A program made the translations under genes and the position numbers. Positions 36,630 through 50,200 of a stretch of 64,000 nucleotides of DNA are shown here, piece by piece; positions within the stretch are counted from its first letter, which is position 1, and the number at the start of each line of letters is the position of its first letter. The notes under the pieces are model-generated. The model saw only the letters and a program-made list of their open reading frames with translations. It was not told the DNA's origin and searched no databases. Where the stretch lies: NCBI GenBank assembly GCA_040954595.2, contig CM082592.2:12060732-12124731 (forward strand). The letters are read 5' to 3'. The stretch comes from Balanoglossus misakiensis. Taxonomy: Eukaryota; Animalia; Hemichordata.

Positions 36630-39600
36630 AAGGCCAGACAGTTTGACCCACTGACCCACTCTTCTCGAATTCTCTGGTGTGTCTGCAGACACGCCACCAG
36701 TATCAAACTTTCCCCTTTTGTAACTGATCGGCACTGCAAGTTGTCGTTGTTTCCAGCTAAATTTAATGTTTCGAATTATAGTGAAATGTAGTAATGCTTA
36801 GTTGGCCATATGCCCGTTTTACGATACTCGCCGTTTTCTCTTTTACGAATAGGTGAGAAGGTGATTAGTTGTTAAACTTTTTTTTATGTTCGTTTCTTAC
36901 TATTGGCATTGCAGAGTCTGTGGTCGAAAACACGGAAGATTTATTGCAGATACTGATTATTGTTTTATTCTTACTATTGTCCCGACCTTTAAATTTCCAC
37001 TCATGGTATAGCAAAGTTAGTGACACCCATTATATAAAACAGTACTTTTTTATAGACATATGTAGATGTCTCGAAGTGAATGCCCAGTGTTAGTTTATTG
37101 TCCACGTCTCGGTTAGGCCATTCACAGTTCTCAAACTCTGCTGCCTACATGTATTGTATACAAGGATTGGGCCAATAGGGTTTCTGGGCTCCTCCACATG
37201 GTGCTTCAACTAGACAGGACGTGTTCTCCATGATTGATGACACCGTCTTTCTTCCTTGGGTTCTTTTACCGTCTGCTTTTCCTTGCACACAATGCCCACA
37301 TTTCAATCACTTGCATAAACCAATAACAAATGCGCACTTTCCATCTTTGGACAGCGGAATCTTAAACGACAACCGCAAACCACAAGGTTTTTGTAGGGAG
37401 GTATGAAATTGTGTCTCAATAGTCTGTGGGTAGCTGCATGAACCATGGAGAGACGTCCATACTTGAACAGACCACAGACAATCTGTCTATGAACAGAACT
37501 ATTGCGGGTTTATTACTCATATCAATGTCCCTTGACGTCTTCCGTGAATCCAGAGACAGCACGTGTTGAACTCTGCATAAACAGAGGCCGATGTGCTGTC
37601 TGCATTTTTGTCCTTTTGTTGACCCCGGACAATAATCTACAATCACCACCATGTGTAATGAATTTATAGTTGTCAACTTGAACTTTTGTAAAAAAAAATA
37701 AACTCGGGGTAGGATAGTTTAAAATAAACGTTTGCTTGATGCGGTAGCCTCGCGTTTATTTGACATCATATTGTCACTGCATCTACCTGACGCGTCGCAC
37801 CTTCGGTTGGCCACTTACCGACACGAACGACGACCCTTCATCACGAAAGAACGGATCACGCACATCAATTTGAATTTGCATAATCGATGACGTCAACTGC
37901 TCTCCAACAAAATGACATATAAACGTCAAATTTTTTCATCTAATTGATGTTTACCTCATTTACGGCGTGATATTCAACCGGCCCTGCAACCCTTATTTCC
38001 TGTGACCCGTCTTACCCTCGGAGGATTTGCGCACATCCGCTCTCGCATTTGTAAATTACACGGGCAGTGAATTTCATCTTTTAATGCTCCATTGTCTCCG
38101 CATTTCCGCCAGATATTCATGTATTATATTATTTATTATATTGCCAGTATTGAAGTGCTAACCGGACAATGGACTGTTTCTTCAAAGGTTTGAGTTCCCA
38201 GCTTAAAAACAATCAATCGCTCATCAAAACCTGGACCATTTCCGTTAAGAAATTACAGGTACTATTGTTTCCCTCTTTTGATGAGAGAATAGTGGAAAAG
38301 TAGGACTTCCTGGAAGTTGATGACAATGCCGGATAAAGAGTTTTTGGGACGTTGACGTCCCCGTCGAAAATCGCCGTGATGAAAACAAACATCTCTTTTG
38401 AAATGTTGCGCTGATATATTTCTCTCTATTGTCAATAATATGAAACAGCTCATACACAGGAAACGTTGTCGTGGTAAAACTCACTCAAGAGAAAAGTCTG
38501 TATACGCATTTGTAGACCCTGGATTTCCAGGGTCCAAGATCATCGCGATAACCGGAGCGCATAGTTAATGTAAAAGCCACCGACTTTCATCTGTTTTCGT
38601 GTTCATTTGGAGGTCAATGCCCGACGACCACCTGTTGATTGCAAAGTCGTTAATGCTTGCGAGAAAATTTCATTCTTCCCTATATGACATGAACCTAAAA
38701 AAGCTCACATAAGTCAACTCACAATATTGGTTGATACATGTAATTCAAAATAACAATTGTTGTTCAGCGTACTTCGTCCTGGTGGTGACACGACAAAAGT
38801 CTACTTTACCGTTGTAACATAATCTGAAGCGATTCGTGGAGAACTTTCAGGTGCAAATGTACATGATTATTTTGACTACAATGACAGCTGACTCAACACT
38901 CAACAAAGTTGCAATTGTTCAAGGGTCACTATCACTTCGCTTTTCGTGACCGTTCAACATTCACAAATAAGAAGATAAATTTTAGCTGCTTGACAGTGAG
39001 AACGCCAGTCATTATGCGGTCGATGTTGTCCCGTTGTATTGGCATGTATCTTCGCAGCAGTCGGGTCGAGGTCCGTAATTTGAAGGGAGATGAAAAACTG
39101 GTCCCTGGACATCATTTGAAAATACTGACACTGCATTGGACAAAAGTAAGGGGAAATGTGGTCGTTATTGTCCGCACACCACACTTCACAGATTGTCAGC
39201 CAAGGAAAGGTCATTTCCATAATATACCTTGAATAGGGTTTCCTCGTCATGGTCTGCTTTCAACAGTGTACACGTACACTGCACGTGCTCCGTGCACGTG
39301 CCTCAGGCTCGTCACATGAAATACCAGTACGTACATGAATTATATTTTTCTTCTGTTCCCACCTGGGGTTCCCACTGACATATACTCTTTAGTAAAGTTA
39401 AGGTGACCGTGACCGTTCGACGCTCAATGTCAAGTTAAATTTAGATTCTTCGTAATGAGAATTAGAATACCATTACGGTCGAGGTTGCTGTGTGTTGAAG
39501 TTTCTGTTCTTTTATTTGGTTAGATCTTCGGCCTTGGGTATTCTTCTCCGATAAATGTTTAGGAAATGGTCAACATGTGTTTTCTTCTTTGCAAGTGAAG

Positions 39601-41956
39601 ACAGTTTCTTCACTGCGAGAGAATCCCAGAGAATGCAATGGAAAGAGACAAAATGACTGATTGGATACTCTTCACATCAAAACTGCCGACAAGAGAATTT
39701 TGGTCCATACGAAGGATAAGAGTCATATCATGACATGACAGTTTCTCAGCAATCGAAATGACCTCACCGATTTCGCAAATAATCAAACTTCACTTACCAA
39801 AATGATAAACATGACAACAATGTGGAAGGATAATTAACATTCCAAAGAAATGTACATGTATTCAATTGAAGGCCGCCCTCTTTTGGCAGTTCTTGTAAAG
39901 GCCCACAGAGTACGATTGACGCTGTTGGGTCGAGTCGTGGACAAATAACATGAAGAAAGAATTATCCAATCGTCATACTTTTCCAGATGAAACCTGGGGT
40001 GTTGGTTCAAAGCTACCATGACAACTCCACATGGACCCTCCCCACAAAATCGTTAGATCCCCTGATATGTTCAGAACAATAGGAACCGCCAGCCTTGAAA
40101 CTCACTAGAACTGGCTGTGGTATTTGTCTGAGATTTGTTGTCTCTTTCGCCTGTTGATTGACTGTTGAGAGGCTGACTGAATCGAGTTTGCATCTCTGGA
40201 ATTTTCAACCAGAGAATCATGGGTATCTCCAAGGACAAACGGTTTGTGTTTGGGGTCTTGGTAACCCAAATCTCTGGTGTTTATTCTGAACTTGCTTCTC
40301 AACTTGTATTTGTCACGCGTTGTTTATTGGCTTTTAGTGGGCATAGTCGTCTAACGACCGTGTAATCAGAGGAAGTGAAGACGCTGCCTCTAAAGCTTTG
40401 GTAAATTCAAGTTCATCATTCATTGTCTCAGGCAGGATGGTAGTCTCACCGCTCTCTGCACAAAAATTGTAAATTTATCACTTTTAAGAGTGAAAACTCA
40501 CACTCATTTTAATTTCATGTAATATCTTTTTTTATTAATAAAATATTTAAAAAGTGTGTTATTGTAAATATATACATAGCGAGACAAAATCATCTCAAAA
40601 TGTAAAAAATTCATGAAATTCAATTTCAAGGGCAGTTGAGAGTTTCAAACCTCAAAAAAATAAATAATGAACAAAAAGAAACAAAGTTGACATGAACATT
40701 TTGCTTTTCGTCGAACTCGCGACGAGATTTAAACATCTCCTCCCTGACATGTTGCATTTCTGTAACACGCCATAAAATTCGCCATGAAATTATCAACTTT
40801 TGCTTCCAGAGCAAGGCAAAGTTGTGAAGACAGTTGCTGTCAACTTTTGCAATCTTGTCAAGTTTTGGAGATTGCAAAAGTCTTTTGAAAAGCAGATGAA
40901 ACGAAACTATGCGTCCAACGCTCAGTATTGTTTTCCAATAAATATTTGGCCGAAAGTTATTGAGACGAAATCATCAAATATTTCAAAAACTTCAACAAGC
41001 TTAGAATGACATTTCGAGACTGGCAGTTTCGACCTATAGTGTATAAGTTAATGATGAACAATAAAAATATTTAGTTTAAAATTTGTGAAACACTGATTGA
41101 AATGTATATAGTCAGTCACTTAACTGGAAAAAAAACTCATGGAATGTTTTCTCAGGGAACAAAACGGTTCCCGAAGTGGAATGTTTGTGAAGTATTTTCA
41201 AGCAAAAGTTTTTATACACAGATGTACTCTTTTCTGCGATATTTGAGAGTTTGCTATTTTATGCCACGCTATTGATATTTTTTCAACAAGGGTTCTTTGT
41301 CTCGCCATATTTTGGGTTTCACAGTTTGGTCATGCTTCCATGGCGGGCAAAATATGCTTGATTTCATTTTCCGTTCGGTTTAGTTTGGTCTCTGTGAACG
41401 ACCCGTGGAACGGTGGACGTGAAATGAGGGCGAAACAAAGCGACCTTGTTGAAACAACAGGCTGGCATTGTTCTCAGCTAACAGAGTCGGTGCTTTTTTG
41501 TGTTCTTTTTTCGATACACGCTCTTAATTTTCCTTCGTCTTTGTGCAAGAATAATCGCAAGTCTTCCGACTTGAGTGATTTTTAAAAAACGGTCTTTGTG
41601 TGCAATATGGAAAATAATCGTCGCCGTGACGAACATGACCATAATTGATGAGGTAGCTGATATGATTTCGAAGAGGCGTACAAAGTGGAGCGAGCGTGTA
41701 TCGCTCATCAAGGTTTCAATTCAAATTTTCGTACAAAAATAGAATTGCGGTATACATATACAAAATATTTCATCTCACATTTCTGTGAACAACAAGGTGG
41801 TAATTCTATACAAAGTACAAATAATTGGTAAGTTTTCTCCTCACAAATAATTTAGATAAAAGCGTGGCATCACTCCTTGAGTTATCATTGAACTTTTTTA
41901 AAGTAATGTCCAACGCCTGACTGTATATTTTAAGTACGGTCCAGAGTGCCTTTCTT

Positions 41957-42300
41957 TTACATTGCCCACTGTTCACGCTTGCGCGCGGCGAAGCGGTCCG
42001 CCATCCTGAGCGCGCTGATGTCTTCCACAAACGATCTCTTTCTCGCCAGACCCACCATCCTCTCGCTTTCCTGCCAAAGTCGATTGGAGGCGACGTCGTC
42101 CCTGGCGAAGGGGAGAACCCAGCGAGGCTTGCACCCTTTGAAATATTTCCCGGAGTGCGACTCTAATCCTGGCGCCACGGAGCAATGGAGGGGCGTGTGT
42201 ATACCGGCTTCTACGGGCTTGAAGAAGACCAGGGTTACCAGAGGCGCAATTGTACGGAGCCATCCATACCAGTTGCGTTTCAGGTCTGAATCGATACAGC
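41957..42300 (-). CDS. RDH-like SDR exon 4 (C-terminus)
   Basis: CIDSDLKRN...FFKPVEAGIHT.LHC...SGKYF.GCK...RLWQESERMVGL, a typical RDH C-terminus. Acceptor ccaacag. Confidence 0.92.
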
Positions 42301-42510
42301 CTGTTGGTCAAAATATGAAAAGGAGGGAATTTGTTAAAATCGGAAATTATCCAACATAACTAAAACAATTCCATCAGGAACAACTTGGACAAATTTAATT
42401 GTTTTCAAGAACCGTGACAGTCGATTTCTGCAGTTAAGGTTACCAATTTTCAGCGAATCGTGGCAGAATTTTCAAATGGATGGTTATGGCCGACTTCAAA
42501 TAACACTAAC

Positions 42511-42813
42511 CTGGATGCAAGGAGAAAGCCGACACCCCGGTTCCTTTCAAAACTTTGGCGAGTTGGTGAGTGAAGAGAACGTTGCAGAGTTTGGAGTTGC
42601 TGTAAGCTTTTGTTCTGTCTGTGTTGGCGCCAAGATTGTTCCAGTCGATGTTGGCGAACATGTACATGTCCGAGGAGACGTTGATGATGCGACTGGAAGC
42701 GCCCTCTTTCAGCTTGTCCATCAACAGGTTCGTCAGGAGAAAGTGACCCAGATAGTTACTGCTGAAGACGATGTCATAGCCGTCTTCTGTCAGCTCATGG
42801 TCTTTCAAAAGAC
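42511..42813 (-). CDS. RDH-like SDR exon 3 (catalytic YxxxK)
   Basis: TEDGYD...NYLGHFLLTNLL...YSNSK...LHP. Acceptor tccacag, donor gttagt, 303 nt. Confidence 0.95.
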
Positions 42814-43179
42814 CTGTGGACAAAGGGCGGCGGGAGAAAAACAGGCCACGTTAGATGTGATGGTGGTGGTGGCTGTAAAATGCTGGGTGGAGTCACATTA
42901 ATCGTGAAGTAGGCCTACACAAAGTGCTTGCCGTTCCATTTGTTCAAGCTGTCCAAAGACAGAAAAGCCTCTCATTGGATGATGGATCGTGATCGAGCTG
43001 AAGGCGAACATTTGTTGCCAAATGATCATCGAATCGTGGATGTTTTTTACTTCTGGAGCCCCCCCCCCCCTTCCCAAACATATAAAAAATTGGAACAATT
43101 TCAATGTGTTATATGATAACGGTTTCTTGTCAACTCTGAGAACTAACAACATGGCTGGATCTCCGAATGTTAGACCTAC

Positions 43180-43422
43180 CTGCGTTGTTGACGAGAATGT
43201 CCAGTCTCTCTTCACTATTGCAGAACTCTTGTGCAAAATGTCTCACACTCTGCAGACTGGCCAAATCACAGTGCATGCACAACACGTCATCGTTGCCGGT
43301 CGCTGCGGTGATTTCTTCAGCAACGGCCTCTCCCTTTTCTTTGCTGCGGCAGGCAAGAATGACCCGGGCTCCCCTCTTGGCCAGAGCAATAGCTGTTTGC
43401 TTTCCAATTCCAGAATTACCAC
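43180..43422 (-). CDS. RDH-like SDR exon 2 (Rossmann fold)
   Basis: GGNSGIGKQTA...LDILVNNA. Acceptor ctcgcag, donor gtaggt, 243 nt. Confidence 0.95.
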
Positions 43423-46400
43423 CTGCGAGACAAAAACAGAACACAAGAACGCATTTAGATATTGTGTATTTGTAAGAATTCTACTGTTATTATACTCAAA
43501 CTCTAACAAGCATCGACGCCATTTTATAATTCTTTCTGTCCTCGCGTTCGACCACCACGACGAGGTATTTAAAGTTCGCACGATAGATTCTTTTTCCATT
43601 TTGGGCGGCAACCAATTATGTTCAGCCCCAATAAAAACTCGCTGTCTGGGCGAATTTTTATGGGTTTGCTCGCTCCTTTCTTGTGTGGTATTTTTAGTTT
43701 TCATCGTCAACGGGGACAAATTCAGCAAAGATGAAAAACGGAGTAACGGTAACCAAATTGGAGAGAAACAATTTTATTTATATGAATTGCGCTGTGGTTT
43801 TGCGGTGGTTTCATACATCCAATAGTACCGTTTCAAAACTTTATTGCAGTCTATTTTAAAAGGAACTTGCGCTGGTGTCAATTTCATATATTCTGAAGAC
43901 ATTTCTATGGTGTCTGATTAGCTTTCAAGACCGGCCGTCCGTCTTTCTATATGCTCCCGGTCCGTCACCATGGATTTTTTTTCGGACCAGATCTCAGATT
44001 GCGCCGACAATGAGAAATACGGCGGAAGTAATGGTCCTATTGGTTGAATAGATAACGGATAACAGTTTCAGTGAAGTTGGCGAACCAGCTGGCAGACTGG
44101 CCGACTCACAGTGCCCCCCTTGGGTAACGGGTAATATTTCTAGGGCAAATGACGCACGAGAGGGGACATTGACGTCATCAAACTCATTTACATAATAAGA
44201 TGTTCACGGATGAGGAACTTTTCCTTTGTTGCTAACTTGTAAGTCGCCACACCTCCAGTGTTTTCCTTTCTCTGAAAATGATTCTGAAAGCCACCACCGG
44301 AATCAGTATCCCTAATAAGCCATAATTACTTGTCTGCCGTTAAGGAACTTTCGAGACATCATTGAAGATCTCAAAAGTGGGTTGCCCATTTTTCCCCGCG
44401 CCATTCTACCGTCTCACATCTTCTATGGGGAAAGGGGTCGTTTTCACAGTAATCTAACAGAATAGACTACTAACCCGAGTTTAAGCTAATGTCACGCAAC
44501 GTGTTCATTGCAAATGCCGCGCAAGTTAGGTTGGATGAGATTAGGGGGCGTATTGCAATCCATCTGATTAACTTGATGAGACTTTGTTCATATATATTTC
44601 AGTGAAAATGGATTTTGATCCTTTCCGGCGAAACAGATGGAAAATATCCCGCGTATCTGTCCGCGCAGAAAAATCGTTGAAGCGTATTAGTTCTTCCTGG
44701 CGGTGATACATGGCTGTCAGGGGTTGGAAAAGTATCGCCGTTTAATTACTTCCCTTTGGAAGTTAGGGGCGCACGTGCGGGATCTCATTACAGGCAACGG
44801 GCCAGTTGGCATTGTATTCTGCTTGCCAGCTTGGTCCTACGTCGATATGCTTGTGAACATCGTCAGTTAGCACATTGCCAGTTTGTTTTTGGCTCTCGTG
44901 TGGGTTTTGCTCGGGCTCGTTAACTTTGCAGGTGTGTATCGTGAGAACCATGTGAGTTGTATGGTCCTGGGCCACGTTGATCATTTCACCAGGGCGTAGG
45001 AATTTTGCGTCCATTTAAGAGACCTTCTTTCATCTATTCTTTGGTTCGTTTCAAACTTTCGGATTTGTCTCCCCTTTTTCAGCAATTAAGTGGAATGCTT
45101 TCAGGGGATGCTCAATCGAGGCCGGGGCTTGTGTCAACGGTCCCCATGTGAAGCGATCTGTACACGACGTGGTCTTTCGGAAGGATTCTGTGTTCGTTAA
45201 TATACCGGGCTTCCCCGACTCAGCGTTTTCCAAGTTGCCCAATCTAACTTGACAGACGAAACAATAAAACCGCGGCCGTGATGTCCCTTTATTGACCTTA
45301 GCTGACCTTCAGACAAACTTTAGTGAGAGAAACAAAAGACTAATCATGGCCTCGGCTTTTCGACGTTTTCCTTGACTGTCTGCACTGCTCCGGTGTGCGC
45401 GTGATCTAAGACCGTGTCGGACCCGTTCTTTAGAACGTGAAATTACACCAATCGAGAGTACTACATCTGATGTCTTGCTAATGGGATAGGAAAGTAACAC
45501 AGGAAAGCCAAATTCCAACCTGGCTCTCGGACAGAAAACGTTTATACGTGTACAATGCTGCCTGTCTCTCTGTAGACCTTGTTCAAACGATGCACGGCAC
45601 CGTTTTGTTATCTGCCTTCTTCGCTTGATGCCCAAGTGGCCTGGCATTTAAATCGACGGGAACAAGGACGACTTGTTTGTCGGTCGCTGCAATGGACCCG
45701 TCTTCAAAACCCTGCCACTTGTGCTTGGACCCCGGGAATTTTTTGTGATTAAAATGCGATGGACAAGTTCTGTTATACGCGAAGGACGACTCCGAGTGGT
45801 GGCCCCTAGTTATTATGTAACCTGTCAACAGGTCGTCGGACCAAAGGCCAAAAACGCTTTCTACTCGGGAAAATAGCTTCAACTTTTGTGCTTGTATGGG
45901 CCTGTGCAAACCAGTCTGCGTGACGGCTACTCGCACTATGAATTACATTCGGCCTCTAAACTGGGTTCTTCGTAACCCCTTTCGATGTTGGGAGGTGATT
46001 GGTATCATATGGACAAATAAAAGCAAAACCTCGGTTGCTAAGGCGTCATTGCCATTGCTTTTGTTCTTTTTCTCCAGGACCCACCACCAGAGACAATAAG
46101 CTAATAAGAAATTGGCCAGGTATGCCAAAGGTGTGCATTGTTTATCTGGACGGAGGACCCCGGAGACAAGTCCCTTGTAATTCGGGTCTGCAGAAATTGG
46201 AATTCTTGATTGTTTGTTGCTGTGGTTGCTACATTCTGTTATTTTTTAATTCGTAGGAGAAAATCTGCCAGACGGGTTCAGACCGGTTTCTATCTTAGCT
46301 GCTCGCAAATCTTGCAAATACTGAGTGTTTCCTCATTGCTGGGTTTTCATTGAAAGCCGCATGCAACGGATGTGGCGAGTTAGACCTGACTTTAAGTTTC

Positions 46401-46986
46401 CGACTTCTATGCAACCGCAATATCAACACATCAGTGTCTATGTGCGTACCGATGGAGTTTTATCAGAATACGCGGTTGATGCAAAACGGCAGCCCTACAC
46501 TTTCGCCATCAGCGTTTAAAGTTCAGCTATTTTGTTGGGGGGGGGGGGGGTGCGGTAAACTTCCAGACTGCATAAAAAACAAACTCGAACAGAAACAAAA
46601 ATCGGTGGAGAAAATGTTCGCGGAGAAAATTGAAAGTATACTGGCAGAAAAAAAAAATGAAGACATTTTTGAAGATCGCAGAGTAGCGCCTGGAAGATTT
46701 CGCAATAGCCTTGCACGCCTTCTCCCTGTCACAGACGATGAACATGCAAAGATATACCGCATAAATGCCCCATATTATTTTCTGATTAAGAAAATCTGGT
46801 AAGCTACTTAACTTTTGCCGCACTTGTTAAAACTCGCATGCTGCATGTTTTGTGCATCGAACGAAACAGACGAAAGCGTTAGCAACCACGTTTTGTTTCT
46901 TGTAATGAGATGTGACATAATGCGCAAGTAACTAAAACTAAAAAGAACAGTTCGTAACACCAAAGAGAGAAAAAAATATGGCTTAC

Positions 46987-47110
46987 CGGTGATGATGGCG
47001 GTTTTTCCGTCTAGCCTTGTCGTGCATCTGCAAATATCCGAGGTCTTTGCAAAGTAGTAGTACACGGAAAAGCATGCGACCAAAACGGCTGCAAGGATGA
47101 TCGCTGACAT
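46987..47110 (-). CDS. RDH-like SDR exon 1 (membrane anchor plus LDGKTAIIT)
   Basis: MSAIILAAVLVACFSVYYYF hydrophobic anchor, C...RLDGKTAIITG, and donor G|gtaagc. Confidence 0.92.
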
Positions 47111-47197
47111 GGTGTGTCGGTTGAGAGAGTAGTCAAAGCTGGCGTTCACTGAATGGAGGCTGGCTTGATAGTTAAGTGGTGGCTGTTGGTCTGTGGT

Positions 47198-47264
47198 CTT
47201 TTATAGCTGAGTGAGTCAGCTCATTATGATAAGCGGCCTATTCACCGAAGGCGGTGACGTCACC
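47198..47264 (-). promoter_or_regulatory. RDH-like gene core promoter: TATA box, AP-1/ARE-like site and palindromic CRE
   Basis: TATAAAA on - at 47199-47205, about 90 nt upstream of the ATG. TGAGTCAGC at 47212-47220. GGTGACGTCACC at 47253-47264. Confidence 0.65.
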
Positions 47265-50200
47265 TTATAAGGAATTCCATTGACTGGATACTGTTTCAGC
47301 AAGTCAGCGTGCTCCGCGTCGCGTTGACTGCATCACACACGAACTGACGCAATAACGCCACAATATTTTCGGGGAAATATATAATGTGCCGCGCGAGTTA
47401 TATGGAGTTTGTGTCCGAAGCTGACAAAAACTTCGATCTCGGGGAAGCAATTTTTCAATGGCCGTGAATGCTATATACATGTACACATGTACATGTATAT
47501 ATTCACGCATGATTCGTATGGGATAGAATGATCTATATTACGAATGGTGACCCACTTCCGCGTCACTCCCCGGAGTCTTGGCCTTCCAGTCGACATACTA
47601 ATTCGACGATTGGTCTACCGGCGGTGGTGTATATTCCATTAACTTATCGGTATCTCAACCGGTTCCCTCGCTCTCAAGGTGGTCGTCTAGCGTCTCCCCC
47701 ACACGTCTGCGCCCCTTCTGTCTTACAGGCGACGGAAGGGGTGCTTCCGGATCTGCGGGACCCTTGTCTCACACGATACCGCCTGTCCAGTAGAACCAAC
47801 AGCGGAAGACCCCATAAAGGAATTAACATTGGAGTAAAACATGACAAAGAGCGATTTTCCCACAATATCGATTCAGATGACACAATACGGATCTCTCTTC
47901 CTTCCTCTTCCCGCTTTCAAATATTTGGTCAAAAGGACGTGACCCGATACTATTTTCAATAATGCCCAATAAAGAATCGATACCGTAACTAATTTAGTTG
48001 TTAATCCAGCCCACCTACCTTGCAACGTCAACTCGAAAAAAATGTCGACAGTCTCTCCATAGATTTTGTACAAAGACGCGACAGACGTCACACAAAGCCG
48101 GATATACATGTGCTACTAAACCAACGCCATATAGACGATCACCAGCTCCTTTTATATAATACAAAATATTGTGTCTGCTTTTTGAACGTTACCCTTTTTT
48201 TTATTTCCGACGACATTGTACAACAAGGCTGAGTTTTCCCCTTCATCCCAGTTTAAATTTACCCTTTTTGTTCGAAAGTATAATTAGACCGCAGCCCACC
48301 CTAATTGTTGTGTCCATGAAAATTTATCAACCGACGGGTACACCTTTTAAAAGATTTTAAATATTTAGAATTCTTTCGTGTGGTCCTAAAGTGCCAAAGG
48401 ATCATTACTTGCCAAAGGGGTGTAAAGGGGCGTCCGTTGCAAAATTATACGGATAATCCCTTATCTTAGCCCCATAACACGCTTTACTTGTTAGTTCATT
48501 TATTTTATTGACAGTTTGTTTATCTATCTATTTACGTGTTCTTGTGTAGACTTGTCAGCATGGCCATGTAAAACTAATGCCAACCAAGCATAGAACGACG
48601 CACAGGAAAGACAGACAGATAGACAGACATGTATCTTACGCGCGTTAGGACATATAAAGTTGTTTTATTAACGCCGCTGTACGTCAATAACGCGTCATGA
48701 ATTAGGCAAATAACGCGTAAATATTACACTTCCTAGTTTATCCAATTAACATTTTTGCCTCAGAACAAGGGCATATTCCGACTGTCGCGCGTTTGCCATC
48801 CATTATGCGCTCCAATTTTCGCTTACTTATTTAATATGCAAAACACTATAGATGACGCACAGTGATGTAATATTTTAGTTGAAACCCGTATCCCCCGCAT
48901 TTCAATGAGACGTTTCCGTTGAAGCCGGGTTGTCATTGACGTTATTTCAATTTCATATATCCTACTTAACCATATCACAACGACATATATATATATATAT
49001 AGCTGCCTGATGATTGTATCGTAAGATGTCTGAAACTCTGAGTAGCGAGTAAAGGGTGTTATCATAGAAACCCCTCTCTTTCTATTATATGTAATATACA
49101 GCTCTAGTTGAAGGCATCAATAATCTATCTGCTGTCTTGTATCTCCATTTTGTCAGTGAAAATTGATAATATCTGGGAGACAACGGAACTGTTGTGTTTC
49201 AATTTGATTTCAGAAACCTATAGTAATAGCTATAATCGTGCTACAAACAACGTTGTTGGATAAACCTTGTGTTCTTGGACCAGTATTTGGTAATGCGAGA
49301 ACAGGTTTCAAGGAAGTTTGCGGACGATTAATGAGGTGGAGACGCGAGTGTGTTGAAAACAGCGTCACTCGCTCAGTAGTGTGTGCACACTGCGTTTTGT
49401 GGTTTTCTTTCGGCGTGTGTGGTTTCTGCCAAACTTTCTCAGCAGAGGCGTCAGAAGAAATTGTGGCGGATGTAGGCTGAGATGCGGAGCCATGGCGTAT
49501 AGGAAGTTATCTATTAAAGGGATCTGACAACCAGGTATACGTTGTGAAATACGTCAGCCATACTCGGGTCAAGGTGGAAGGAAGATTGAGTGTCTGACAT
49601 AATTATGTGTTGAAAGATGCGACTATTTGCGTTGTTTGAACAACATTACCACTTGAAATTCAATGCTTAATATCCCCAAGAGAATACGATGGGCCGGGGT
49701 GGTACTGGAATAGCGCCGAACGAGGCCGTCGCGTCTTAGCGTTTAGAACTGTCAGAAACAGAGATGCGGTCTTTATAAAAATCGTTTAATCGCAGAAGGT
49801 CGGGCAGGCGGTGCGAGACCGAGATGTATTGTGACGTAGCGAGTGGCGTGATGCAACCACTCGTTAGAAATGCCACACGTGCCTGACCCTGTATCATGAC
49901 ATTTTGGATCGTAGAGCCGGTCCTGTGATAGAGGGACTGTGGCCTGTCCTACGTTGCGATGGGTCCGATGCAATGTGAGTCTACTTTCGTTTAGATAAGC
50001 TGTAACCTCTGAGACGTGAACGCTTCATCACCAAGAAAATACCAGGCACACAATTGCCGGCATATTTCGAATGTTCACACGGTTTTATCGCGGACGGGCG
50101 ATATCGTGATGGCGGGTCGGGAAGAAAACCACAAATCCGACTCGCCGTAACACTTTCATTCCAACGGTTCGCAGCCATCTTACAGGCGGTTGATATTTGC

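Larger units (their letters stand above)
41957..47110 (-). other. Gene span: retinol dehydrogenase 11/12/13/14-like SDR; CDS complement join(46987..47110,43180..43422,42511..42813,41957..42300), 337 aa
   Basis: TGGNSGIG cofactor motif, ILACRS, CDLASLQSV, LVNNAG, NYLGHFLLT, INVSS, catalytic YSNSK and LHPG. All introns are phase 1 GT-AG. Confidence 0.93.

Noticed and set aside
40105-40345. Minus-strand ORF with RRKR and adjacent gtgagt donor
   Set aside because: In-frame stops on both sides, a weak acceptor, no compatible neighbouring exons, and no recognisable domain.
42989-43825. 278-aa + strand ORF (and 42476..42901, 41946..42359)
   Set aside because: Antisense shadows of RDH exons extending into introns, with no recognisable protein features.
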